In this document: one piece after another, positions 1-9,267 of the stretch
Layout: every line of letters begins with the position of its first letter
Numbering within the stretch: the stretch's first letter is position 1
From: Candidatus Limnocylindrales bacterium
GTDB taxonomy: Bacteria > Chloroflexota > Limnocylindria > Limnocylindrales > CSP1-4
Direction of reading: 5' to 3'
Length of the DNA stretch: 64,000 nucleotides
Assembly: GCA_038319665.1 (NCBI GenBank)
Contig: JBBQDL010000002.1
Coordinates: 25,289 to 89,288, forward strand
Notes under the pieces: model-generated
Databases searched by the model: none
What the model was told of the DNA's origin: nothing
What the model saw: only the letters and a program-made list of their open reading frames with translations
Translations under genes and position numbers: made by a program

Positions 1-810
1 ACGCTGGCGATCATCTCCGGGGTGAAGGTCGTCGGCCAATCCGCCGCGTATTCGCCCGACGGGGCCTGGTTCGCCTTCACGGCCCGCCCATCGGATGGCT
101 CGACCGGCCCGGACATCTATGTCTGGCGCGTCGGCGACCCGCTCGCGCGGCCGCTGACGACCGACCATCGGAGCGTCTTCGGGTCGTGGGCGGGCAGCCG
201 GTTGCTGGGCAGCCGTCCCGACGCGACCAGTGACGCCGGCGCCGAGGTCGCGCCCCGATCCTTCCTAGTCGATCCGACGACCGGTCAGGAGACCGCGATC
301 GAGACGTCCGTGTGGCGGCCGATCATCGATCCGGCCGGCGACCGTGCGGTCGCCTGGGTCGGCACCGTCAAGGCGGCGCCCGATGGCCTGTCCACAGTCC
401 CGGCTTCGGGCGCGCTCGTGCTGCGCTCGTTCGATCCGACGGCCGGTCCGGCCGCGACGGCGGAGGCGCCACAGATCGTGGCCGAGGGTCCGGTAGCCGA
501 ATACGATGTTCGCTGGGACGAGACCGGGAGGTGGCTCGCGGTCTGGGTCGCCGACGCCTCCGATCCGACGATCGGGCAGCTGAGCCTCATCCACCTGGAC
601 CCCGCCACCGGCAAGCTCGATCGGCCGCACGGTGCGCCGCAGGACGTGACCGCCCTCCCCGGGTTCTCCATCGCGAACGGCCGACTCGCCTGGGCGACCC
701 CGCCGGGTCAGGGTGGCGAGGGGAGCCGCGTCCAGATCGTCGCGTGGACGAACGACACCGTCGGCGCCGTTGAAAGTGGTCCAGTCGAGGGCGTCGTCAT
801 CGTCCACTGA
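1..810 (+). CDS. PD40/WD40-like beta-propeller protein (TolB / DPP-IV N-terminal-like), 3' part; 5' end off-window
   Basis: ORF 22..810 stays open back to nt 1. PD40-like repeats: 'SPDGAWFAFTARPSDGSTGPDIYVW', 'DPAGDRAVAWVG', 'RWDETGRWLAVWV'. Stop TGA at 808-810. Confidence 0.6.
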   Translation, partial: TLAIISGVKVVGQSAAYSPDGAWFAFTARPSDGSTGPDIYVWRVGDPLARPLTTDHRSVFGSWAGSRLLGSRPDATSDAGAEVAPRSFLVDPTTGQETAIETSVWRPIIDPAGDRAVAWVGTVKAAPDGLSTVPASGALVLRSFDPTAGPAATAEAPQIVAEGPVAEYDVRWDETGRWLAVWVADASDPTIGQLSLIHLDPATGKLDRPHGAPQDVTALPGFSIANGRLAWATPPGQGGEGSRVQIVAWTNDTVGAVESGPVEGVVIVH

Positions 811-916
811 CCGGCGCATCGGGGCACCACTCTCCGCGGTTCGGCTGTGCAGGCGGAACCCATCCGACGTATCGTCTTGGTCTGTTGCGACCTAACAGGT
901 TGGTCGTAGGGTCGGT
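806..916 (+). ncRNA. Weak candidate c-di-AMP (ydaO-type) riboswitch in the leader of the RlpA-like gene
   Basis: Ordered blocks AUCGGGGCACCA, GGAACCCAUCCGAC, GACCUAAC and GUCGUAGG resemble remembered ydaO blocks. ACUGACC (806-812) can pair with GGUCGGU (910-916). Some canonical blocks are missing. Confidence 0.2.
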
Positions 917-1442
917 GCTCACCGCGGCCCTCGCCCTGGTCGCGCTGCCGGGTCTCGCAGGTTCACGCGTCCCCAGCCCGATCGAACCCATCCCGGCAAG
1001 CGCATTCCAGCCGCTCACGATCCTCGGGGAGGATCCGCGTTCGGCGATATCCATCGCGCCGGCTGACGTCGCCCAAGTGTCGGCTGGTTCGATGACGGCG
1101 GATACGGCCATCGTCGAACCGGGCGCGGCCCTCGATCCCGCCCCGACGAGCCGGGCCGGCCTGAACCAGCCCGATGCCGGTGCCGCCTCGGTCCGCAAGC
1201 CGCCGCGCTACACCCTGACGGAGGGCGCCACGTTCTACGACAACGGCACGACCGCGATGCGTTTGCCGCGCGGGACGCGCGTGGTCATCTGCGGCCCGGG
1301 CGGCTGCATCGAGCGGGTCGTGAACGACTACGGCCCGCAGAAACCGTCGCGCGTCGTGGATCTGTATCGCCCCGACTTCTTCGCCATCTGCGGCTGCCCG
1401 TCCTGGGCGGGGACCACCACGGTGACCGTCTACGTCTACTGA
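885..1442 (+). CDS. Secreted RlpA-like double-psi beta-barrel (DPBB) cell-wall protein
   Basis: Signal-peptide-like N-terminus (RPNRLVVGSVLTAALALVALPGLAGS). C-terminal 'MRLPRGTRVVICGPGGCIERVVNDYGPQKPSRVVDLYRPDFF...GTTTVTVYVY' matches the RlpA/DPBB pattern. The TTG start at 885 is uncertain. Confidence 0.65.
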   Translation: MRPNRLVVGSVLTAALALVALPGLAGSRVPSPIEPIPASAFQPLTILGEDPRSAISIAPADVAQVSAGSMTADTAIVEPGAALDPAPTSRAGLNQPDAGAASVRKPPRYTLTEGATFYDNGTTAMRLPRGTRVVICGPGGCIERVVNDYGPQKPSRVVDLYRPDFFAICGCPSWAGTTTVTVYVY

Positions 1443-1488
1443 CTGCGGCTGACCCGGCGCGGTATCCTTCGCTCGACCCTTCAGCCAC

Positions 1489-1536
1489 GGCCCCGTGAGG
1501 CCGCCAGGGAGGCCCCGTGAGGCCCAGGAAGGAGCG
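1489..1536 (+). promoter_or_regulatory. Putative PyrR-binding RNA element in the pyrR leader
   Basis: GCCGCCAGGGAGGCC (1500-1514) resembles the PyrR binding-loop core UCCAGAGAGGCU. It lies between two 14-nt direct repeats GGCCCCGUGAGGCC (1489-1502, 1511-1524), just upstream of RBS AGGAAGGAG and ATG 1537. Confidence 0.45.
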
Positions 1537-2088
1537 ATGAGCGGCCGTCAGATCATGACCGCGGACGAGATCCGCCGCGCGACGATCCGCCTGTCCCACG
1601 AGATCGTCGAGAAGCAGGCTGGCACCGACGGTCTCCTCCTCATCGGCATCCAGCGCCGCGGTGTCCCGCTCGCCCGACGGATCGCGGCGGCGATCCTGGA
1701 GAACGAGGGCGTCGAGGTCCCGGTCGGGGCGCTCGACATCACGTTCTATCGGGACGACCTGTCGATGGTGGCGCAGCAGCCGGTCGTGAAGGGCACGGAG
1801 CTGCCCTCCGGCATCGATGGCAAGACGATCGTGCTGGTAGACGACGTCCTCTACACCGGCCGGACGATCCGGGCGGCGATGGATGCGCTGGTCGACTTCG
1901 GCCGTCCCCAGGCGATCCGGCTGGCGGTCCTCGTCGATCGTGGCCATCGCGAGCTCCCGATCCGGGCGGACCACGTCGGCAAGAACGTGCCGACCTCGCG
2001 CGAGGAGCTGGTCCGCGTCCATCTCGAGGAGATCGACCCCGAGGACGGCGTCGAGATCGAGCGGCTGGCGCTCGAGCCGGTCGGGTGA
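1537..2088 (+). CDS. pyrR: Bifunctional pyrimidine operon regulator / uracil phosphoribosyltransferase PyrR
   Basis: '[21 protein letters not shown]' PRTase motif and full-length PyrR-like sequence. ATG 1537 follows GGAAGGAG. The track ORF from 1495 is an upstream extension. Confidence 0.9.
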   Translation: MSGRQIMTADEIRRATIRLSHEIVEKQAGTDGLLLIGIQRRGVPLARRIAAAILENEGVEVPVGALDITFYRDDLSMVAQQPVVKGTELPSGIDGKTIVLVDDVLYTGRTIRAAMDALVDFGRPQAIRLAVLVDRGHRELPIRADHVGKNVPTSREELVRVHLEEIDPEDGVEIERLALEPVG

Positions 2089-3161
2089 GCCTGGTGATCG
2101 ACCGCGAGGCGGACGCGGCCGGCGCGGCCGACGGGTCGATCACCGCGGCACCGTCGGTCGACACCGCTCCGGGGAGCCAGGCGGTCCCCTGGCGACACCG
2201 CCACCTCCTCGACGTCGATGGGCTGTCGGCGACGGATCTCGACCTCGTCATGCGCACCACCGACGCGATGCGCGAAGTCCTGGCCCGCCCCATCGCCAAG
2301 GTCCCGGCGCTGCGCGGCCGGCAGGTCACGATCCTGTTCTACGAGGCCTCGACCCGGACGCGCGTCTCGTTCGAGGTCGCGGCCAAGAACCTGTCGGCGG
2401 ACGTCGTCAACATCGCGGCGGCCAGCTCGTCCGTCTCCAAGGGCGAATCGCTGGTCGATACCATCCGGACGGTCGAGGCGCTGGGCGCACAGATGCTGGT
2501 CATCCGCCATTCGGTGTCGGGGGCGCCGTACCTCGCGGCCGAGATCTTCGGTGGGTCCGTGCTCAACGGCGGCGATGGCTGGCACGCGCACCCGACCCAG
2601 GCACTGCTCGACCTGTACACGATGCGCGAGCGGCTGCCCGGCGGCTCGCTGGCCGGGCGCAAGGTCGTGATCCTGGGCGACATCCTCCATTCGCGCGTGG
2701 CACGGTCCAACATCTGGACGTTGACCGCGGCCGGGGCCGACCTGTGGCTATGCGGGCCGGCGACACTGGTGCGCGGGTTCGAGGCGTGGGCGGGTCGCGG
2801 TGCCGCCGCCGGTCGGCGGTTCCATGTCACGACCTCCGTCGACGAGGCGCTCCGAGACGCCGACGTCGTGATGGCCCTGCGGATCCAGCGCGAGCGGATG
2901 GCGTCCGGGCTCCTGCCGTCACTGCGCGAGTACGCCGCGCGGTACGGGCTCACGAGCGAACGGCTCGCGCTCGCCCGACCGGGCGCGCTCGTGATGCACC
3001 CTGGGCCGATGAACGAGGGCGTGGAGATCGCGGCCGATGTGGCCGCCGGCGCCCAGTCGGTCATCACGGACCAGGTCACCAACGGGGTCGCGGTCCGGAT
3101 GGCGTTGCTCTACCTGCTCGCCGGCACGCACCCGGCAGCGACCGGAGCCGGAGCCGCGTGA
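2085..3161 (+). CDS. pyrB: Aspartate carbamoyltransferase catalytic subunit
   Basis: '[21 protein letters not shown]', '[13 protein letters not shown]', '[11 protein letters not shown]'. GTGA overlap with the pyrR stop. About 35-aa N-terminal extension. Confidence 0.92.
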   Translation: MSLVIDREADAAGAADGSITAAPSVDTAPGSQAVPWRHRHLLDVDGLSATDLDLVMRTTDAMREVLARPIAKVPALRGRQVTILFYEASTRTRVSFEVAAKNLSADVVNIAAASSSVSKGESLVDTIRTVEALGAQMLVIRHSVSGAPYLAAEIFGGSVLNGGDGWHAHPTQALLDLYTMRERLPGGSLAGRKVVILGDILHSRVARSNIWTLTAAGADLWLCGPATLVRGFEAWAGRGAAAGRRFHVTTSVDEALRDADVVMALRIQRERMASGLLPSLREYAARYGLTSERLALARPGALVMHPGPMNEGVEIAADVAAGAQSVITDQVTNGVAVRMALLYLLAGTHPAATGAGAA

Positions 3162-4552
3162 CCGGTCGCGGACCCGATCTCGAGATCAGCCGGGCCTGGC
3201 TGGTCGATCCGGCCTCCGGGCGCGCGGGCCCGGGCGAGATCGTCGTGCGCGACGGGATCTTGGCGGCTGTCACCTGGCTCCGGGGCGCCGACGCGAAGGG
3301 CATCGAACCGACCGGGGTCGTGGTGGCGCCGGGCTTCGTCGACCTCCACGCACACCTCCGCGAGCCGGGCAACGAGGACGCCGAGACCGTCGCGTCCGGA
3401 TTGGCCGCCGCCGCGCATGGCGGGTTCACTACGGTTTGCGCGATGCCCAACACGACACCGGCCCTCGACGAGCCAGGCGTCCTCGCCCAGGTTCGCGCCG
3501 CCGCCCGCGCCTCCGGCTCGCCGGTCGAGCTGCTGGCCTACGGGGCGGTCACGGTCGGGCGGGGAGGGGAGCAGCTCGCGGCGCTCGGCGAGCTCGCCGA
3601 CGCGGGCGTCGTCGGCTTCTCGGACGACGGCTCGCCGGTTCGGTCCGCCTCGATCCTGCGCGCGGCGCTCGCGTATGCCGGTGCACTGGGGCTGCCGATC
3701 GTCGACCATCCCGAGGAGGCCTCGCTCACCGTTGACGCCGAAGCGAATGACGGGTTTGTCGCGACCGTGATGGGGCTCCGCGGCTGGCCGGCCGCGGCGG
3801 AGGAGATGGCCGTCGGACGCGATCTGGCGATCCTCGCGGGTGTGCTGCAGGACGTGCCGGGCGCCCGGTTGCATCTGACCCACGTCTCCACCGCAGGAGC
3901 CCTGGACCTGATCCGTCGCGCCAAGGCGGCCGGCCTCCCCGTCACGTGCGACGTCACGCCGCATCACCTCGCCCTCACCGACGAGTGGGTCGCCGGCGCT
4001 CGGCGCTGGGCCTGGGACGCGAGCGGCGACCCGTGGTCGGACGAGGCGATCACAGCCCAGCCCTACGCGTCGTCACTGCGCGTGAACCCGCCACTCCGGG
4101 CGCCGGACGACGCCGCGGCCTGCCTGGCGGCGCTCATCGATGGCACGGTCGACGCGATCGCCACCGACCACGCCCCACATGCCGAGGTTGACAAGGCGGT
4201 CGAGTTCGGCCTCGCCGCGAACGGGATCAGCGGCATCGAGACGGCGTTGGGCGTCTTGCTCGCGGCGGTGGATGCCGGCCACCTGACGCTTGCGCGCGCC
4301 ATCGAGGCGTTGACGACGGGTTCCGCCGGGGTGCTGGGCGCCAAGTCGCGTCGTGCCGGCACCGTGGGTCTCGTCGAAGGCGCGCCGGCCGACCTAGTCG
4401 TCTTCGATCGATCCGAGCGCTGGACGGTCACCGCCGACGCACTCGCGTCGCGTGGCAAGAACACGCCACTGCTCGGGATGGAGCTCGCTGGCCGAGTCCT
4501 TGTCACGATCGCAGGTGGCCGGATCGCGTACCAAGCGCCCGACGAACCGTAG
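3158..4552 (+). CDS. pyrC: Dihydroorotase
   Basis: 'APGFVDLHAHLREPG', 'ATDHAPH'. GTG 3158 overlaps the pyrB TGA (GTGA). This is the in-frame part of the artefactual 889-aa ORF 1883..4552. Confidence 0.9.
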   Translation: MTGRGPDLEISRAWLVDPASGRAGPGEIVVRDGILAAVTWLRGADAKGIEPTGVVVAPGFVDLHAHLREPGNEDAETVASGLAAAAHGGFTTVCAMPNTTPALDEPGVLAQVRAAARASGSPVELLAYGAVTVGRGGEQLAALGELADAGVVGFSDDGSPVRSASILRAALAYAGALGLPIVDHPEEASLTVDAEANDGFVATVMGLRGWPAAAEEMAVGRDLAILAGVLQDVPGARLHLTHVSTAGALDLIRRAKAAGLPVTCDVTPHHLALTDEWVAGARRWAWDASGDPWSDEAITAQPYASSLRVNPPLRAPDDAAACLAALIDGTVDAIATDHAPHAEVDKAVEFGLAANGISGIETALGVLLAAVDAGHLTLARAIEALTTGSAGVLGAKSRRAGTVGLVEGAPADLVVFDRSERWTVTADALASRGKNTPLLGMELAGRVLVTIAGGRIAYQAPDEP

Positions 4553-4602
4553 TTCCGCACGAGTCGCCCGGGGCGGCGAGGTTCATCCGAGACCTCGACG
4601 CG

Positions 4603-4989
4603 TCAGATGTGGATGACCTCGAGTCCCGGAGCATGGAGATAGTCGTCGTCCTGCGTCACGACAGGGATGCCGAGGGTCATCGCCGTCGCGGCGATCCACG
4701 AGTCGTTGACGGGCATCCGCAGCCCATAGTCACGGAGCGAGACCCGCAGGCGAGCCCACGCCTCTGCGACCGCCTGGTCGATCGGGACGGGATCGAGGGC
4801 CAGAACGCTGGTCAGGGTCGCCAGGCGACGATCCCGACTCGCGACATCGCTCGCCGCCAGGACGCCCGCGCGGAGCTCGCCGACCGTGATGACGGAGACG
4901 GCAAGGCGATCCGGCAGGCGGTCGAGCCGCGCCGAGCGCCCCGACTCCGCCGCAATGAATACGGTCGTGTCGGCTAGCCCCGTGCTCAC
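4603..4989 (-). CDS. vapC: PIN-domain ribonuclease toxin VapC
   Basis: 128 aa: 'LADTTVFIAAE...VITVGELRAGV...NDSWIAATAMTLGIPVVTQDDD'. GTG start at 4989 overlaps the antitoxin stop (GTGA). Confidence 0.85.
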   Translation of the reverse strand: MSTGLADTTVFIAAESGRSARLDRLPDRLAVSVITVGELRAGVLAASDVASRDRRLATLTSVLALDPVPIDQAVAEAWARLRVSLRDYGLRMPVNDSWIAATAMTLGIPVVTQDDDYLHAPGLEVIHI

Positions 4990-5240
4990 TCGAGCAGGAT
5001 GTCGTCGGTCGCGTCGGGCGCGAGATCCCGGATGGTGGCCCGGAGGGCCGGATCGGCGCGATGCGTCAGCAGGTCGCGGACGAATCGCTCCCGGGTCACG
5101 AACCGCGGGCGGTGTCCCGCCGACAGGAGTGTCGCGACCGGTCGGCCGTCGAGGGTGATGGTGATGGACTCGCCCGCCTCGACGCGCTCGAGGAGCGACC
5201 GAGTGTTGTTCCGCAGCTCGCGGGATCCGACGTCGGCCAT
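4986..5240 (-). CDS. Phd/YefM-type antitoxin
   Basis: 84 aa: 'MADVGSRELRNNTRSLLERVEAGESITITLDGRPVATLL'. 4-nt overlap with vapC. An alternative ATG lies at 5258. Confidence 0.8.
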   Translation of the reverse strand: MADVGSRELRNNTRSLLERVEAGESITITLDGRPVATLLSAGHRPRFVTRERFVRDLLTHRADPALRATIRDLAPDATDDILLE

Positions 5241-5246
5241 GCGACG

Positions 5247-5275
5247 ACCGTAGCACATATGCGACACCGCTTCAA
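5247..5275 (-). promoter_or_regulatory. Sigma70-like promoter giving a leaderless antitoxin mRNA
   Basis: Minus strand reads TTGAAG-17 nt-TACGGT-6 nt-ATG(5240). Confidence 0.4.
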
Positions 5276-5334
5276 GGCTCGAGCGTTCGGCCGCCGCGAG
5301 CGGGGGCCGCAGGAGGTCGACTACGCTCATCGCC

Positions 5335-6663
5335 ATGACGTCAGCAACGCACCCGGCACTGAACCGCGACTTCGAGCGCCATTCGTTGTGGAGCGCCACG
5401 ATGCCGGCGCTCGCCGATCGATCCGGGCGCGACCTGCCGGACACAGCGGACGTCGTCGTCATCGGCGGCGGATATGCCGGGATCAACGCGGCCCGGGAGT
5501 TGGCGCGGCGCGGCGTCGCGGTCACCGTGCTGGAGGCGAGAACACTCGGCTGGGGCGCCTCGACACGGAACGGCGGGATCGTCCATCCCGGCTACAAATG
5601 GGGGCCGACCGAGCTGGTCAAGCGCTACGGCACCGACACCGGGCGCGCCCTCTTTCGCGAGACGCTCGATGGCTACGAGACCGTCAAGCGGCTCATCATC
5701 GAAGCTTCGATCGACTGTGACTTCCGCGAGGTCGGCTACCTCGAATTGGCGTATGCGCCGTCGCACGTCCCAGGGCTCGACCACGAGCGGCAGGGCTTCG
5801 CGACCATGGGGGTCGAGACCACGGTCGTCCCGCGCGAGCGGATCCGCGAGGAGGTCGGCTCGGGCGCCTACTACGGCGGGCTCGTCTTCCCGAGGAGCGG
5901 CCTTCTCCATCCCGGTCGCTACTTCGCCGGGCTGGCCGCCGCCGCGGATCGCGCCGGCGCCGACCTGCACGAGGGCGTACGGGCGCGAGCGATCCGTCGC
6001 CAGGCCGACGGCCGCTTCGTGGTCGAGACCGAGCGCGGCGCGATCCTCGCCCGGAACGTCTTCGTCGCGACGAACGGCTACACGGACGGCGTGGCGCCCT
6101 CGCTTCGTCGGCGCATCATCCCGATCGGGAGCTACATCATCGCGACCGAACCGCTCCCCGAGGAGCTCGCGCACGAGATCTCGCCGAAGGGCCGAGCGTT
6201 CTTCGACACGAAGAACTTCCTCTACTACTGGCACATCTCAGCCGACCGACGGATGGTCTTCGGTGGTCGCGCCAGCATGATGCCGCCCTCGATCGAGGGG
6301 ACCGCCGAGATCCTCCATCGAGGGCTGCTGCGGGTCCACCCGCAGCTCGCCGGACGGCGGATCGACTACGCGTGGGGCGGGAACGTGGGGTTCACCTTCG
6401 ACCGGATGCCCCACGTCGGGCGGACGAAGGATGGCGTCACCTACGCGATGGGCTGCTGCGGGACCGGCGTGGCGCTCATGACCCACCTCGGCACGGCGGT
6501 CGGGAAGTGGCTGGCGGGCGGGGAGGCGCCAGTCTTGGCCAAGCTCAAGTTCCCGCTGGTCCCGGCGCCGTACGAAGGCCGTCCGTGGTTCCTGCCGGTC
6601 GTCGGGGAGTGGTTCCGCCTCCAGGACCGGCTGGCGGCCAGGTCACGCGGCGAGGGAGCGTAA
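5335..6663 (+). CDS. FAD-dependent oxidoreductase, PuuB/OrdL (gamma-glutamylputrescine oxidase)-like
   Basis: 'DVVVIGGGYAGINAARELARRG' dinucleotide fold, 'GASTRNGG'. Collinear with my recollection of E. coli PuuB. Confidence 0.85.
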   Translation: MTSATHPALNRDFERHSLWSATMPALADRSGRDLPDTADVVVIGGGYAGINAARELARRGVAVTVLEARTLGWGASTRNGGIVHPGYKWGPTELVKRYGTDTGRALFRETLDGYETVKRLIIEASIDCDFREVGYLELAYAPSHVPGLDHERQGFATMGVETTVVPRERIREEVGSGAYYGGLVFPRSGLLHPGRYFAGLAAAADRAGADLHEGVRARAIRRQADGRFVVETERGAILARNVFVATNGYTDGVAPSLRRRIIPIGSYIIATEPLPEELAHEISPKGRAFFDTKNFLYYWHISADRRMVFGGRASMMPPSIEGTAEILHRGLLRVHPQLAGRRIDYAWGGNVGFTFDRMPHVGRTKDGVTYAMGCCGTGVALMTHLGTAVGKWLAGGEAPVLAKLKFPLVPAPYEGRPWFLPVVGEWFRLQDRLAARSRGEGA

Positions 6664-6703
6664 CGCCAAGGGACGCCTTGCGTCCATGTGCGATGATCGG
6701 CCC

Positions 6704-6913
6704 ATGTTCGAGTACGGCAACGGCGTCAGCCAGGTGGCGGGGCGGGCCGGGGGCGCGTCGGGAGGCGGCGGCCGGACGATGGACGTCGGGGCGTCCCTCG
6801 GCCAGTTCGTCAACGACTCGGCGCACACCATCTCGACGATGCCGCCGGCCGCGCTGCTGGCCGGGGTCGTGATCGTCTTCATCGGGCTGCTGTTGGTGAA
6901 GCGGGCCTTCTGA
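6704..6913 (+). CDS. Small tail-anchored membrane protein, unknown function
   Basis: Gly-rich N-terminus and a C-terminal TM segment 'ALLAGVVIVFIGLLLV'. Start could be 6686 or 6704. Confidence 0.4.
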   Translation: MFEYGNGVSQVAGRAGGASGGGGRTMDVGASLGQFVNDSAHTISTMPPAALLAGVVIVFIGLLLVKRAF

Positions 6914-6920
6914 CCCGCTC

Positions 6921-7583
6921 GTGACGATCGAACGGATCCTGGCGGTCGGGCTGGTCGCCGCGTCCGCCGTCCTGCTCCTCCGACTCGCTCCGGGTGCGGT
7001 CCGCAGCTGGCGCCTCTATGCAGGCACCGGGCAGCGCCGGCAGCAGGACGCGCGAGGACGGGCGCCGGCCGCGCCACTGGGCGTGCTCGATCGCCTGGCC
7101 CGGCTTTCCGAGCTCGGCTACCACCACATCGGCGAAACGAGCCTGGACCTGCCCGGCGGCGAGCGATTCGGGTGGATCATGGCCGCCGACGACGCTGACT
7201 CGTACGCGATCCTCGCCAGCGGCGCGGGCGGCGTGGCCCTGACCGGGATCTACTCGGCCTGGGCGGACGGGACGTGGCTCGGGACCATGCACCCGATCGG
7301 CACGCCGACCGACCGGCCGGGTGTGCAGATCCGGATCGTCCCTACGACCCTGGGTGACGCGGTCGAAGCGCATCGCGTCGGGCTGGAGCGCCTGCGATCC
7401 GTCCACGGAGCCCCGCGCCAGGTCCGGGTCATGCCCGACATGCTCGCCCTCGACGCCGACTACCGCGTGCGCTTCGGCGGGAGCCGGCTTCGGCCATTGA
7501 CGATCCGCAATATCACACCGGCCATCATCACGGCCGGCCTGCTGGTGCTCTCGCTCGTGCTGCTGGTCGACTCGCTTCGGTGA
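6921..7583 (+). CDS. Hypothetical membrane protein (TM at both ends)
   Basis: GTG start. 'ILAVGLVAASAVLLLRL' at the N-terminus and 'AIITAGLLVLSLVLLV' at the C-terminus. No family recognised. Confidence 0.5.
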   Translation: MTIERILAVGLVAASAVLLLRLAPGAVRSWRLYAGTGQRRQQDARGRAPAAPLGVLDRLARLSELGYHHIGETSLDLPGGERFGWIMAADDADSYAILASGAGGVALTGIYSAWADGTWLGTMHPIGTPTDRPGVQIRIVPTTLGDAVEAHRVGLERLRSVHGAPRQVRVMPDMLALDADYRVRFGGSRLRPLTIRNITPAIITAGLLVLSLVLLVDSLR

Positions 7584-7614
7584 CCGTGATGGTCGCCGCG
7601 GTCGGCCTGGCGGG

Positions 7615-9195
7615 TCAGCGCTCGTCGGCGGCGAGCTGTCGGAGCGTCGAAAGCAGCACCTCGATGTCGTCCTCGGTCGTGAGGTAGTTGACGATCCCGG
7701 CACGCAACCACGTCGCGCCGCGGAGCCGGGTCGTCGTGAGCCAGCCTTCGCCGGAGATCTCGAGGACGCGCTGGAGTCGATCCTGGTGGGCGTCGAGCTC
7801 GGCGGCGGGCAGCGTTGATGCGGCCTGCCGCCCGCCGGGCAGGTGCCGGAAACAAAGGACCGAAAGCTCAGGCGTTTCGGGGATGGCCTCGAAGTCGTCG
7901 GCCTCCGCACACCGGCGGGCGAGGAGCGCCGCGAGGTCGTCGTTCGCCTCGATGAGCCGCCCGAACCCCGCCGTCCCGAGGTGCTTCCACGACATCCAGA
8001 GCTTGAGCGCGCGCCAGCGTCGGGTGCCCTCGAAGCTCAGCTTGTAGAAGTTCAGCTGGTCACCGTGGTCGCCATGATCGTCTTGGCCGTCGGCGTCGGC
8101 CGCGGTCGTCTCGCCGCCGCGGTAATACTCGGGCGCCCGGCCGCCGAACACCTGGGCCAGGTGCGCACCGTCGCGGACCAGCAGTCCGCCGATGTCATAG
8201 GCCTGGAAGAACCATTTGTGCGGGTCGACGGTGACCGAATCCGCGCGTTCGAGATCTGGCACCCGCGCGGCATCACGCTCCGACAGCCGAGCCCCGCCGC
8301 CGTACGCCGCATCGACGTGCAGCCATAGGTCCTCCGCCGCCGCGACATCGGCGAGCTCGCCGACGAGATCCACCGAACCCGTGTTGGTCGATCCGACCAC
8401 CGCCGCGATCGCGAATGGCGTGAACCCGCCGGCCCGGTCTCGCGTGACCGCCTCGGCGACCTGGGCGCCATGCAGTCGGAACCGCGCGTCGGACGGGATC
8501 ACGACGAGGGTATCGGCCGGGAAGCCCAGGAGGTCGAGCGCCCGCCCGATCGAGAAATGCGTCTGGTCCGAGGTGTAGACGCGTACGCCATCGAGCAGTG
8601 CGCCGCGCGGCGGTCGCCCGGCGCCCAGGATCCGTCCCAGGTGGATGTCGCGGGCGAGCGCCATCCCCATGAAGTTGGCCATCACGCCACCCGAGGTGAG
8701 CAGCCCGAACGACGCGGGGCCGAAGCCGACGAGATCGCACAGCCAGCGGACGACCTCCTCCTCGACGAACGTTGCCAGCGGGCCGGCGTGCCAGACATCG
8801 ACGCCCTGGTTGGTCATCTGGGCGAGCAGCTCGCCCATCATCGAGACCGGGAGGGGCGGCGGCGTGAAATAGCCGAACTGGCGGGGGTGCTGCGCATTCA
8901 TCTGGCCGCCCGCGAGGCGGTCGCGGAACTCGGCGAGGATGGCGGCCATGGGGGTGGGGGTCACCGGCGCGGCGGCCGGGCCTCCGGCGGTGCCAAAGAA
9001 CCGGGCCCGCAGCTCCGAGTAGGGCGCCGGATCGCCCATCGCCCGTTCGGCCGCATGCTCGTACAGGAAGTCGAGGGCGACCGCCCACGTGTCCGTGCCG
9101 AGACGCTCCATCGCCGCTCGCGACGTCGCGGCATCGCCGTAGCCGATCAGTTCGGGTTCCGGGTGCCAGTCGAAGCGGTCGCGCGGGCCGGTCAT
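7615..9195 (-). CDS. Group II pyridoxal-dependent amino-acid decarboxylase
   Basis: 'SVTVDPHKWFFQAYDIGGLLVRD' (PLP-lysine motif DPHKW). ATG 9195 chosen (MTGPRDRF...); the track ORF extends to 9306. Confidence 0.85.
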   Translation of the reverse strand: MTGPRDRFDWHPEPELIGYGDAATSRAAMERLGTDTWAVALDFLYEHAAERAMGDPAPYSELRARFFGTAGGPAAAPVTPTPMAAILAEFRDRLAGGQMNAQHPRQFGYFTPPPLPVSMMGELLAQMTNQGVDVWHAGPLATFVEEEVVRWLCDLVGFGPASFGLLTSGGVMANFMGMALARDIHLGRILGAGRPPRGALLDGVRVYTSDQTHFSIGRALDLLGFPADTLVVIPSDARFRLHGAQVAEAVTRDRAGGFTPFAIAAVVGSTNTGSVDLVGELADVAAAEDLWLHVDAAYGGGARLSERDAARVPDLERADSVTVDPHKWFFQAYDIGGLLVRDGAHLAQVFGGRAPEYYRGGETTAADADGQDDHGDHGDQLNFYKLSFEGTRRWRALKLWMSWKHLGTAGFGRLIEANDDLAALLARRCAEADDFEAIPETPELSVLCFRHLPGGRQAASTLPAAELDAHQDRLQRVLEISGEGWLTTTRLRGATWLRAGIVNYLTTEDDIEVLLSTLRQLAADER

Positions 9196-9267
9196 GGACC
9201 GCGATGGTAGCGGGAGTCGTGGGGCGGTCGTCGGGGTCCGGCTACGGTCGTCCGGTATCGTTCGCTG

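Noticed and set aside
1883-3157. The 5' 1.3 kb of the 889-aa ORF 1883..4552, and many other 150-660-aa ORFs overlapping annotated genes in other frames or strands (e.g. 1851..2690-, 9384..10760-, 17119..19110+, 22941..24725-, 52799..54274+, 59043..60596+).
   Set aside because: Their translations are Arg/Pro/Gly/Ala-rich low-complexity strings with no motifs. They overlap genes that have clear family signatures. Long stop-free alternative frames are expected at about 70% GC.
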